Source: an uncultured Verrucomicrobiae bacterium
GTDB taxonomy: Bacteria; Verrucomicrobiota; Verrucomicrobiia; Limisphaerales; JAFGQR01
NCBI GenBank assembly: GCA_963788655.1
Contig: CAWBHS010000060.1
Coordinates: 192,001 to 256,000 of the forward strand
Direction: 5' to 3'
Length of the DNA stretch: 64,000 nucleotides
Shown here in pieces: positions 28,736-37,189 of this stretch. The notes under the pieces were generated by a model. It ran no database searches, was not told the origin of the DNA, and worked only from the letters and a program-made list of their open reading frames with translations. Each line of letters opens with the position of its first letter. Within the stretch, counting starts at the first letter, position 1. A program made the translations under genes and the position numbers.

Positions 28736-31504
28736 TTAATCGTCGTCATCCACCATCGTCACGGCCCACTCGGGGTAAGGAACCTGCGTCCCTTTCATCG
28801 CACGCCACAAGATGCGGTTGAGGACGTCTTCGGGGCAACGATCCGGTTCATCCAGCGACAGGCGCGCGGAGACAATGGCATCCCGGCGCAGCAGCGGATC
28901 GGTGATCTTTTTAGGCTCGGGATTTACCTGGTCCAGCGGGATTTGATTGGGCACTGAGGAAAACGGGGTGTAGTCGGGCACGGCCGTAAAGCAATCGAAC
29001 ATGGGCGTGGCCGTGGCATCGAGTTGATTCATGGGCGGCAGGCCCAGGATCAATTCCATCGTGCGCATCAGGCTGGTTTGATTGTAGGGCGTGCTGATCG
29101 TTTGCGCGCGTTTCGTGAACGGGCTGGCCACGTAGCAGGTCGTCCGATACCCGCTCACATGGTCCCAACCGGCTTGCGGATCGTCCTCGATGGCGAAGAG
29201 CACCGTGTCCGGCCAAAATTTGCTGTGGCTGAGCGCCTCGACCACTTGTCCAAGTGCCAGGTCATTGTCGGCCACTTCGGCGCCGGGGGTCGGATCTTTA
29301 CCCTTGGTGCCACCGGTATGATCGTTCGGGAGAAAGAGGATGATGAAGTTCGGGAATTCGCCTTTGGCTTCGAACTGCCGCAGTTCCTTGATGAACTCGG
29401 CGGCGCGCACGACGTCGGGCACGCGCAAATCCCAGCCGACCGTCCCGAGGTGGCTGTACGGACGCAGCGTTTCAATGCCGGCCCGGCAGCCGATCTTGGT
29501 GAGGTTCGTCCCTTCCTGATAATCCTTCCAGAAATCGTGCCAGGTGGGGCCACGCCGGCGGCGGCCACCCCTGTTACCGCTTGCTTTCCAGCCTGCCTCC
29601 GAGATCATCCATTCGCCGTAATTGCGAAAGGTTTTCCCGTGCGCCAGCGCATTGTCCCAAATGAAGCCCGATGACGACCAAGCCAGCGCATCGATGCCCT
29701 CAGCCGTCTTTCCGCTCGGATAACTACGCGGAAAGTCCGAAGACAATTGACGTTCCACATACTCGTTGGCAATCCCGCTGTCCGTCCACTGGTGGCCATC
29801 GCCGCTCTGTACGCCGGAGCAATAGGTGTTGTCGAGCAGAATGAATTCCCGGGCGAGTTTGTGTTGGTTGGGGGTGTATTTTTCACCAAACGTACACAAC
29901 TCGGCGTTGCCGTTGCCCTCGGCCATGTCGCCCAGGATCTGATCGTAGGTGCGGTTCTCCTTGATCACGTAAATGACGTGCTGAAACACGCTGGGTTCGC
30001 CCACCCGTTCCGGAACGGGCCGCGCTGGTTGGTCCGGCCGCGCGGGCAGCCAGGCGTCCGCGAGCTTGGGATAACGCATGTTCTGCAAGGCGGCCTCGGT
30101 CATCCGGATTAGCTTGCGTTCGGAAGGCAAAGGGACCAACGAGAGCGTACCGAAGAAATCCTTGGAGTGCAGCTTCACCTTTTCATGGCGTTTGAAAATC
30201 TTGGCGGCGCCGATGCCTTTGATGTTGGCCACACAAAGCATCTCTTTCTGGGGATGAACGACCACGGCTCCCGGAAACCAACCGACGGGAATCAGTCCAA
30301 TCACCCGCGATTCCTTGTCCTCCGGCTCGAACTGGACCACAGCAACTGCGTTTTGGGTTCCGTTGCACACGAACAGACGGCGTCCGCTGCGGTCAAATGC
30401 CAGTGCGTTGGGTTGCGCGCCGAAAAGATCGGCCGGGGTTTGGCGGGCCCAGATCTTTTCGAGGATCCGATCCGTTTTGGTGTCAATGACGCTGAGCGTG
30501 TCGCTGCCGGAATTGGCCACGACCACATACTTTCCGTTGGGAGAAACCGCGAGCGCCGAGGCGTGCAGTTCGACGAGCACTTCGTCCTTCACCTGACCGG
30601 AGGTCAGATCGATGATGCTGACTGAACCCTCGCTGGCAAGGTGCCGCACCGGATCGACGCGCACGGTCATGCCCCGGCCAGCAGGAGCGGTCAAGTCGCC
30701 CTTGCCGGGACGCCGTCCGCCCAAGTTGCTGACATAGGCCTTGCCCGCGGCCAGAACCACGTCAAAGGGCGCCACGCCAACGTCCCAGGTGCGCAACAGT
30801 TTGCCCGAGGCCGCATCCATTTCGTACAGCTTGTTGCCCAAGTTGCCCACGACGTACAGCCGCTTGCCGTCCGCCGAAATCGCCAGCCCGGCCGGCACTT
30901 CGGCCTTGCGTTTGGGAGCCTTGGCCTCCGGCACGGCAATGGTGGTGAATCCGGCGATTGAATTCTCCTGGTTCACCGCAAACACCTTCACATCGCCGAC
31001 CGCATTGGCAAGATACAGGCGCCGACCGTCCGGAGAGAAAACCAAACCGGTCAGACTCAAGAACGCTTTGGTGTCCGCTTTGGGTGATTTGGGTTCCGGT
31101 TTTTCTTCCGCCGCAGAATCGTCATCTTCGTTTGTGGAACTGGATTCTTCGGTTTTCGCCGCGGCGGTCTTGGATTCGGATTCCTTGGCGGGCATGGCGA
31201 CCTTTTGCAGCAATTTGCCGTTGGCCGGACTGAACACGTAAAGGTCATGGTTCTTGCCGGAAGTGACCAGCAATTTGCCATCCGGACTCAGCGCCAGCGC
31301 CTGGGGACGCAATCCCGGGAGATCGACCAGCCGGCCCGCCGGAGTCAGCACCTGGCTGGTGGGGGTGAGGTATCGATGTTTGGCCAAACGCCCCACGGTG
31401 GGAGGTCCGGAACGACTGGAATCGTTGAGCGAGCAACCACTCAACAGGACCAACAAGGCAGCGCCAATGACATAGGCCAGACACGATGAAGCCGTTTTGT
31501 GCAT
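28736..31504 (-). CDS. Lipoprotein: YncE/YVTN beta-propeller fused to a phosphoesterase (alkaline phosphatase superfamily) domain
   Basis: Lipobox LLSGC, repeated LALSPDG/FSPDG blades, HVIYVIKENRTYDQILGD, SGDGHQW, LPNDHT and IEDDPQAGWDHV. Confidence 0.9.
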   Translation of the reverse strand: MHKTASSCLAYVIGAALLVLLSGCSLNDSSRSGPPTVGRLAKHRYLTPTSQVLTPAGRLVDLPGLRPQALALSPDGKLLVTSGKNHDLYVFSPANGKLLQKVAMPAKESESKTAAAKTEESSSTNEDDDSAAEEKPEPKSPKADTKAFLSLTGLVFSPDGRRLYLANAVGDVKVFAVNQENSIAGFTTIAVPEAKAPKRKAEVPAGLAISADGKRLYVVGNLGNKLYEMDAASGKLLRTWDVGVAPFDVVLAAGKAYVSNLGGRRPGKGDLTAPAGRGMTVRVDPVRHLASEGSVSIIDLTSGQVKDEVLVELHASALAVSPNGKYVVVANSGSDTLSVIDTKTDRILEKIWARQTPADLFGAQPNALAFDRSGRRLFVCNGTQNAVAVVQFEPEDKESRVIGLIPVGWFPGAVVVHPQKEMLCVANIKGIGAAKIFKRHEKVKLHSKDFFGTLSLVPLPSERKLIRMTEAALQNMRYPKLADAWLPARPDQPARPVPERVGEPSVFQHVIYVIKENRTYDQILGDMAEGNGNAELCTFGEKYTPNQHKLAREFILLDNTYCSGVQSGDGHQWTDSGIANEYVERQLSSDFPRSYPSGKTAEGIDALAWSSSGFIWDNALAHGKTFRNYGEWMISEAGWKASGNRGGRRRRGPTWHDFWKDYQEGTNLTKIGCRAGIETLRPYSHLGTVGWDLRVPDVVRAAEFIKELRQFEAKGEFPNFIILFLPNDHTGGTKGKDPTPGAEVADNDLALGQVVEALSHSKFWPDTVLFAIEDDPQAGWDHVSGYRTTCYVASPFTKRAQTISTPYNQTSLMRTMELILGLPPMNQLDATATPMFDCFTAVPDYTPFSSVPNQIPLDQVNPEPKKITDPLLRRDAIVSARLSLDEPDRCPEDVLNRILWRAMKGTQVPYPEWAVTMVDDDD

Positions 31505-31511
31505 GCGGGAC

Positions 31512-31541
31512 AGTGTGCCGGCTGCCTGGCAGTTTCGTCAA
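31512..31541 (-). promoter_or_regulatory. Putative sigma70-type promoter directly before the start codon
   Basis: TTGACG-N18-CACACT-N7-ATG(31504) on the minus strand, with no SD sequence. Confidence 0.45.
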
Positions 31542-31653
31542 CCCTGAGGAAAAAACCGATGTTGTTTGGATTACGTTCCATCTTTGCCAAAGCGCGGATA
31601 TTCTTATCTGTATCCATTCAGTAGCTGGAGCAGCGATGACACGATTCGGCGCG

Positions 31654-31786
31654 GTAGGACAGGCGTCTCGCCTGTCTCGAATCGCCAAGCACACCCTCCC
31701 CTTTTGGTGACTTGGAGAGACTTCCTACGCCGCGGTGCAAATCGATGGTTGGCAGTCGTTCGAGACCGGCGGGACGCCTGTCCTAC
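31654..31786. repeat. GTAG-type REP doublet (REPIN-like)
   Basis: GTAGGACAGGCGTCTCGCCTGTCTCGAA (31654-31681) matches the reverse complement of 31759-31786 at 26/28 positions. Same family as the 28616 element. Confidence 0.88.
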
Positions 31787-31832
31787 GGAATAGTCACGGT
31801 TTATCAGCATCGGGTTGATGCTGGGCTCGCGG

Positions 31833-31855
31833 GCGGACAAGAATGTCCGCGCTCC
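31833..31855 (-). repeat. Single GGAG-type REP palindrome
   Basis: GCGGACAAGAATGTCCGCGCTCC matches 37157-37179 (GCGGACAGGAATGTCCGCGCTCC) at 22/23 positions. Confidence 0.75.
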
Positions 31856-32042
31856 AATTGACGAATGCGAAGTCCATGAACGCGGAAGGTAGCGCCCGTT
31901 CGTTTCGGCGGCCCGTAACTGCCTTTGCGATGATGGGGCTCAACAATTTTAGTGGCGATGCGATCACGGAAACGCTTTAATCCCCCGCGTAATCAATCTC
32001 GGCGACGGATGAATTCCGTTTCGCCAGAACCAAGCCTACATT

Positions 32043-32843
32043 ATGAAACGACGCGATTTTCTCAAAACCTCTCTGGCCGCTTCCGCGCTGGCCGGCCTGG
32101 CTCCCGCCAGCCGGGCCGTGGGTGCCGAACCAACTGGCCCCACTGGGCGCGACTATTATGAACTGCGCGCCTATCATCTCCAGGAAGGCGCCAACCATGA
32201 CCTGTTGGACGCTTACCTTGGGCAAGCCGCGATCCCGGCTTGGAACCGGCTTGGCATCAAACTGGTCGGCGCGTTCACGGAAATGGAAGCCAAAGATGCG
32301 CCGACAGTTTATGTGCTTATTCCGTATCCCTCGCTCGAAGCATTCGCCACGGCATCCGCCCGGCTGAACGCCGATTCCGAATATCAGCGAGCGGCGGCAC
32401 CGTATCGGCAAACGCCGAAGTCGAAGGCCGCGTTCCAACGGATTGATAGTTGGCTGCTGCTGGCGTTTGCCGGGATGCCCAAATTGGAATTGCCCGCGTA
32501 TTCGAGGGAGAAGCAACCGCGCCTGTTCGAGTTGCGCACGTACGAGAGCTACAGCGAGGCGAAGGCGCAGAAGAAGGTGGAGATGTTCAACGCGGGCGAA
32601 ATCGACACCATGCGCGAAGTGGGTCTGGGGCCCATCTTTTACGGGCAAACATTGGTGGGGCGCGACTTGCCGCATTTGATGTACATGACCTCCGGTGAGA
32701 ACCGCGAACTGCACCAGCAGCATTGGGATGCGTTCGGCAAACATCCGGTCTGGAAGCAACTCCTGGCCGATCCCCAATACGCCGACACCGTTTCGAAAGC
32801 CACCAAACATTTCCTAACGCCGACCGCCTACTCCCAGATATAA
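32043..32843 (+). CDS. Tat-exported NIPSNAP family protein (two NIPSNAP domains)
   Basis: MKRRDFLK twin-arginine signal, YYELRAY, LFELRTYES, KKVEMFNAGEI and the C-terminus LTPTAYSQI. Confidence 0.9.
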   Translation: MKRRDFLKTSLAASALAGLAPASRAVGAEPTGPTGRDYYELRAYHLQEGANHDLLDAYLGQAAIPAWNRLGIKLVGAFTEMEAKDAPTVYVLIPYPSLEAFATASARLNADSEYQRAAAPYRQTPKSKAAFQRIDSWLLLAFAGMPKLELPAYSREKQPRLFELRTYESYSEAKAQKKVEMFNAGEIDTMREVGLGPIFYGQTLVGRDLPHLMYMTSGENRELHQQHWDAFGKHPVWKQLLADPQYADTVSKATKHFLTPTAYSQI

Positions 32844-32958
32844 CGTGCTGCCGGGATCCTGCCGGCAGTTTGGAACGGCCCGCTCGATGGTTTGCGGGCG
32901 CACTTCATTGGGTGAGTCATTTGCTTCCGTGTCTGCCGATGCAGCGTTGACAACACCG
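32844..32958. repeat. CGTG-type REP element with a degenerate right end
   Basis: CGTGCTGCCGGGATCCTGCCGGCAGTTTGGAACGG is shared with 51400 and 57743. TCTGCCGATGCAGCGTTGACAACACCG (32932-32958) is a decayed right end. Confidence 0.75.
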
Positions 32959-32990
32959 TGTTCCAGGTCGTTCCGAGTCGTTGGACGCGA

Positions 32991-33539
32991 TTACGTCGCG
33001 GCTCCCAGGCGACGCAATCCCAACGCCACCACCGTCGCCCAGGGAAGGACCTTGAACTCGCCCGCATCCAGGGCGCGTTCGAGTTCGGGACGGGTCAACA
33101 AGAGAAGCTGTTGTTCCTCCAAGTCGTCTTCCAGCGGTGGCGCCACCGGCCGGGCGTGTCGGGCCAAAAAGGAATAAGCCTGACCGGCGCCGCGATTGGC
33201 ATCCACCGCCCAGGCGCCCAGCGGAATCCATTCCTCGGCCGCGTAACCGGTTTCCTCGAGCAACTCCCGCTTGGCGGCGGCTTCCGGAGATTCATGCGGT
33301 TCGAGGAAACCGCCAACCGGCGCCAGCGAGGTGCCGTTGACGGCGTATTTGGTTTGCCGAAAACAGGGAAACAGCCCGTCGGTCGTTTCGGCCAAAATGT
33401 TCACGTAGTCCGGAGTGATGATCCACGCCCAATCGGAAAGCGTGCGGCCGTCCGGCAGTTCCAGTTCGTGCAGTTCGACGGTCAGGAATCGCTCAACCTC
33501 CAGCACCTTCCGGCGGGAAACGGTTTTCCAAGGCTTCAT
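32991..33539 (-). CDS. NUDIX hydrolase (ADP-ribose pyrophosphatase-like)
   Basis: Nudix box GGFLEPHESPEAAAKRELLEETGY. Confidence 0.92.
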   Translation of the reverse strand: MKPWKTVSRRKVLEVERFLTVELHELELPDGRTLSDWAWIITPDYVNILAETTDGLFPCFRQTKYAVNGTSLAPVGGFLEPHESPEAAAKRELLEETGYAAEEWIPLGAWAVDANRGAGQAYSFLARHARPVAPPLEDDLEEQQLLLLTRPELERALDAGEFKVLPWATVVALGLRRLGAAT

Positions 33540-33542
33540 GGT

Positions 33543-34433
33543 TCAATGCGGCGACGAACCTTTGCCGCGTCCGCCAAAGGTCAGTTCCGATACGCCTGAT
33601 TTGTCCAGCTCACCCAGACCCGCCTTGATCATCCGGTCATATTGCTTTTTCGTGGCGGCCGCCAGCGGCAGGTTGAGCCTTGGTTGCCGGGCCAGTTGCA
33701 GAGCGATACCGGAATCTTTGGCCGCGTGCGCGGCGGAAAAGAAACAGGTGTGCTCGCGGTTTTGCATATCTTCCCCGTCGGTTTCCAGCACCCGCGAATG
33801 AGCGCCGGTTTGGGAAAACACCTCGCGCAACATCGTCAGGTCCAATCCCAAAGCGTCCCCCAACGCCAGCCCCTCGGCCAGCGCCGCGGTGTTCATATTC
33901 ATCACCATGTTCACCAGCGCCTTGACCTTGGCCGCCTCCCCGGCGGGACCAACGTAGCGCATCGACGCGCTTAGTTTTTCGAGGACGGGACGGGCGCGTT
34001 CGAACCCTGCCGGTTGGCCGCCGCACATCAAATACAAAGTGCCCTGCCGCGCCTGCGGAATGCTGGAAGCCATGCAAGCTTCGAGCGATTGCGCCCCAAT
34101 TTTCGCGGTCTTGCCCTCCACCCAAACATGCATCGCCGGGCTAACGGTGGCACAGTTGATGAATAACTTCCCGCGCGCGCGGGCCAGCAGTCCGCCCTTG
34201 AAAATGGCTTTCATGGCCCGGTCATCGCTGACCACGGTGAAGATGATTTCCGCCAGCGCCGTGACTTGTTTCAATTCCGTGCAGATGGCTGCCTCCAGTT
34301 CCTTCCCGACAGCAATTGCGACCGGGCTGTTCGCATCAAACACGGCGGCGATTTCGAAGCCGCACTCTTTGAGCCGCCGCGCCATGTTGGCGCCCATGCG
34401 GCCTACTCCGACAAATCCGATTTTCTCTGGCAT
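33543..34433 (-). CDS. NAD(P)-dependent oxidoreductase, 3-hydroxyisobutyrate dehydrogenase family
   Basis: IGFVGVGRMGANMA Rossmann motif, GTLYLMCGG and AAKVKALVN. Confidence 0.9.
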   Translation of the reverse strand: MPEKIGFVGVGRMGANMARRLKECGFEIAAVFDANSPVAIAVGKELEAAICTELKQVTALAEIIFTVVSDDRAMKAIFKGGLLARARGKLFINCATVSPAMHVWVEGKTAKIGAQSLEACMASSIPQARQGTLYLMCGGQPAGFERARPVLEKLSASMRYVGPAGEAAKVKALVNMVMNMNTAALAEGLALGDALGLDLTMLREVFSQTGAHSRVLETDGEDMQNREHTCFFSAAHAAKDSGIALQLARQPRLNLPLAAATKKQYDRMIKAGLGELDKSGVSELTFGGRGKGSSPH

Positions 34434-34546
34434 AGGCTGATGTGGTTGAATGTTCGCGGGGCGGGCAGGCGCGTGTTTCCGGGCTCGCCGCCTGAGCATC
34501 CTGCCAGAACTGATTGGGGCTTCAAGCCCAACTGTCGCCGAGTGCT

Positions 34547-35788
34547 TCAGGCGTCCGCGTACTGAATTTGTTCCACCGTCTGCCAGGCGATTTCCAGCTC
34601 TTCATTCGTGGGAATGACGAGCACTTTAACGGGACTGGTATCGTTCTGAATCTCGAAGGGGCCTGCGACCGCCACCTGGTTCTTCGCCTCGTCAACGCCA
34701 ATGCCAAACGATTCCAGCCCGCGACAGGTTTCCAGGCGAATGAGCGGGGCATTCTCCCCAATGCCGCCGGTGAACACCAATCCGTCCAGCCGTCCCAACA
34801 CAGCCAGGTAGGCGCCGATGTATTTCTTGAGCCGGTAGCAAAAGACCTCGACCGCCAGGCGGGCACGGGGATCGCCACTTTGATAACGTTGCAGAATCTC
34901 GCGCATATCATTGGCGCCGCACAGTCCCTTCAAACCGCTCTCGGTGTTGAGCAGAGTTTCCACCGCCTCGCCACTCATTTCCGCAACGCGACTCAGGTGA
35001 AATGGCAGCGCTGGATCCGCATCACCGCAACGAGTGCCCATGACCAGACCCTCGAGCGGGGTCAATCCCATCGAGGTGTCCACACACTGGCCCAGGCGAA
35101 TGGCCGCGGCGCTGGAGCCGTTGCCCAGGTGCAGCGTGATGAGGTTCAACGAGGCGAGGGGCCGGCCCAGGAGTTCGGCCGCCTGTCGCGCCACGTAGCG
35201 ATGCGAGGTGCCATGAAAGCCATAGCGGCGAATGTGAAAACGCGCATACCATTCTTCCGGCACCGCGTAACGAAAGGCATGCGGGGGAATGGTTTGATGG
35301 AACGAGGTATCGAAGACCGCCACCTGCGGCACCTCCGGGTACAAGGCCAGGCACTCTTCAATCGTGGCCAGGTTCGCCGGATTGTGCAGCGGCGCCAGCG
35401 GTATCATTTCGTGAATGCCGCGCAAGACCTCCGCGTTGATTCGCTGCGGATCACGAAATAGTTCCCCCCCGTGGACGACTCGATGTCCAATGCCGTGCAA
35501 CCCACCGTACGCCGCGAGTCCGCCGGCAGCCCGTAAAGCCTGATGGATCATTTTCAGCGCCGCATGATGGTCCGGCACTGCCGGGAGCCATTCGTTTTCC
35601 TCGAGTTCGCCTTGAGAATTCCGCCAACGATGCGTCAGCCGGCTTTGCGGTTCGCCGATCCGCTCCAGCAAACCGGACGCCAGCAACCGGTCCTGCGGCA
35701 AGTCAAAGAACCGATACTTGATGGACGAACTGCCGGAATTGAAGACCAGGATGTTGGTGATGGCACCGTTGCGTTGCAATGAACTCAT
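34547..35788 (-). CDS. ackA: Acetate kinase
   Basis: ILVFNSGSSSIKY, GHRVVHGG, APLHNP, VFDTSFH, RRYGFHGTSH, HLGNGSS, DTSMGLTPLEGL, FTGGIGEN and IPTNEE. Confidence 0.96.
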   Translation of the reverse strand: MSSLQRNGAITNILVFNSGSSSIKYRFFDLPQDRLLASGLLERIGEPQSRLTHRWRNSQGELEENEWLPAVPDHHAALKMIHQALRAAGGLAAYGGLHGIGHRVVHGGELFRDPQRINAEVLRGIHEMIPLAPLHNPANLATIEECLALYPEVPQVAVFDTSFHQTIPPHAFRYAVPEEWYARFHIRRYGFHGTSHRYVARQAAELLGRPLASLNLITLHLGNGSSAAAIRLGQCVDTSMGLTPLEGLVMGTRCGDADPALPFHLSRVAEMSGEAVETLLNTESGLKGLCGANDMREILQRYQSGDPRARLAVEVFCYRLKKYIGAYLAVLGRLDGLVFTGGIGENAPLIRLETCRGLESFGIGVDEAKNQVAVAGPFEIQNDTSPVKVLVIPTNEELEIAWQTVEQIQYADA

Positions 35789-36690
35789 TTCGCCTTCAGC
35801 AACGCTGCTTTGGCCGCTGCGAGTTCCTTCTTCCGCTCGGCGCCGACTACCGGAAACCGCAGGTCCAGCGACCACAGAGCATCGATGATGGCGGCGGCAA
35901 CCACCATGCGCGTGAACCATTTGTGGTCGGCGGGCACAACATACCAGGGGGCATCCTTGGTCGCCGTGTGGCGAATCATGTCTTCGTAGGCTTCCATGTA
36001 GTCATCCCAAAAATCGCGTTCCTTGGCATCCGCCGCGGAGAATTTCCAGTGTTTATCCGGCTGGTCAAGCCGCTCCAGGAACCGTTGCTTCTGTTCTTTG
36101 CGCGAAACGTGCAGGAAGAACTTGCGGATGACCACCCCATTGCGGGTGAGGTAACGTTCGACGTTGCGGATGTCTTCGAAACGATCCTTCCAAAGATGCT
36201 TGCTTACCACGTTCGCCGGCAGTCGTTGGCGGGCCAGCAACTCCTGATGCACACGGACCACCAATACTTCTTCGTAATAGGAACGATTGAAAATGCCGAT
36301 TCGCCCCCGCTCCGGCAACCGCCGCAGGCAACGCCACAGGAAGTCATGGTCCAATTCCTCGGCCGACGGGGCCTTGAACGAACTGACCTGACAGCCCTGC
36401 GGGTTGACCCCGGACATGACGTGTTTAATTGTGCCATCCTTGCCGGCGGCATCCATCGCCTGAAAAATCAGTAGCACCGCCCATCGATCCTGGGCGTATA
36501 GTTTTTCCTGCAATTCGGCCAACGCCTCGACCCCCGTGGCCAGCGCCTCTTGGGCTTTGGGCTTGTCTTCGGACTTCAGGTTAAGCGTGTCGTCGGGATC
36601 GACCGCTTCAAGGCGAAACTCCTTGCCTTTGGCAACGCGAAACGGTTCGGCCAGCCGACGGGCTTTTTGGGCAATCTCTTTTAATTTCAT
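35785..36690 (-). CDS. ppk2: Polyphosphate kinase 2 family (class III-like)
   Basis: LQEKLYAQ, IFQAMDAAGKDG (Walker A), FKAPS, HDFLWR, IFNRSYYEEVL and PWYVVPADHKW. Confidence 0.94.
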   Translation of the reverse strand: MKLKEIAQKARRLAEPFRVAKGKEFRLEAVDPDDTLNLKSEDKPKAQEALATGVEALAELQEKLYAQDRWAVLLIFQAMDAAGKDGTIKHVMSGVNPQGCQVSSFKAPSAEELDHDFLWRCLRRLPERGRIGIFNRSYYEEVLVVRVHQELLARQRLPANVVSKHLWKDRFEDIRNVERYLTRNGVVIRKFFLHVSRKEQKQRFLERLDQPDKHWKFSAADAKERDFWDDYMEAYEDMIRHTATKDAPWYVVPADHKWFTRMVVAAAIIDALWSLDLRFPVVGAERKKELAAAKAALLKAK

Positions 36691-36969
36691 GGCAGCAACG
36701 CGGTTCTGTTCGCCCCCCTTGTATCGTCCCGGTGCCCGAGTGTCCAGCAAACGCGGGTAGCCGGGGCTGGTCTCATGGATTGCTCTAGCTCGACTACCAC
36801 CAACAGCCACGCGGCGCCAAGTGGAGCGGCGATGAAAGATAAATCAGGTTTCACCCGGACGATCGTTCGACCCGCTCTGCCCCTTGGCGTGCCGAGCCCC
36901 AGGACCGGACAAGCTATTAATGCACGCGGAAGCTGGCACGTTGATGGACCCAGTTTTGGCGCGTTTGGA

Positions 36970-37041
36970 CGCGGCCAACCGGAGATTATCGAACTCCGCT
37001 ACGTAGCGGGCTTGAGCTACACCGAAATCTTGCCATCGCTG
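36970..37041 (+). pseudogene. Possible remnant of an ECF sigma factor region 4
   Basis: RGQPEIIELRYVAGLSYTEILPSL resembles the region-4 HTH pattern (LRYxxGLSYxEIA). No region 2 is recognisable upstream. Confidence 0.35.
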
Positions 37042-37109
37042 AGTTCTGACTGGCATTCCATTACTTTTTCCATTTTGCGTTTAGGTTGAGACGAATGCGG
37101 GTTTGTATT

Positions 37110-37179
37110 GGAGCTGGACATGCCTGTCCACTCGGCGGGTAGCCGGGGCTGCACCAGCGGACAGGAATGTCCGCGCTCC
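37110..37179. repeat. GGAG-type REP doublet
   Basis: GGAGCTGGACATGCCTGTCCACT (37110-37132) and the inverted AGCGGACAGGAATGTCCGCGCTCC (37156-37179), just downstream of opgH. Confidence 0.75.
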
Positions 37180-37189
37180 GCTTGAAGTC

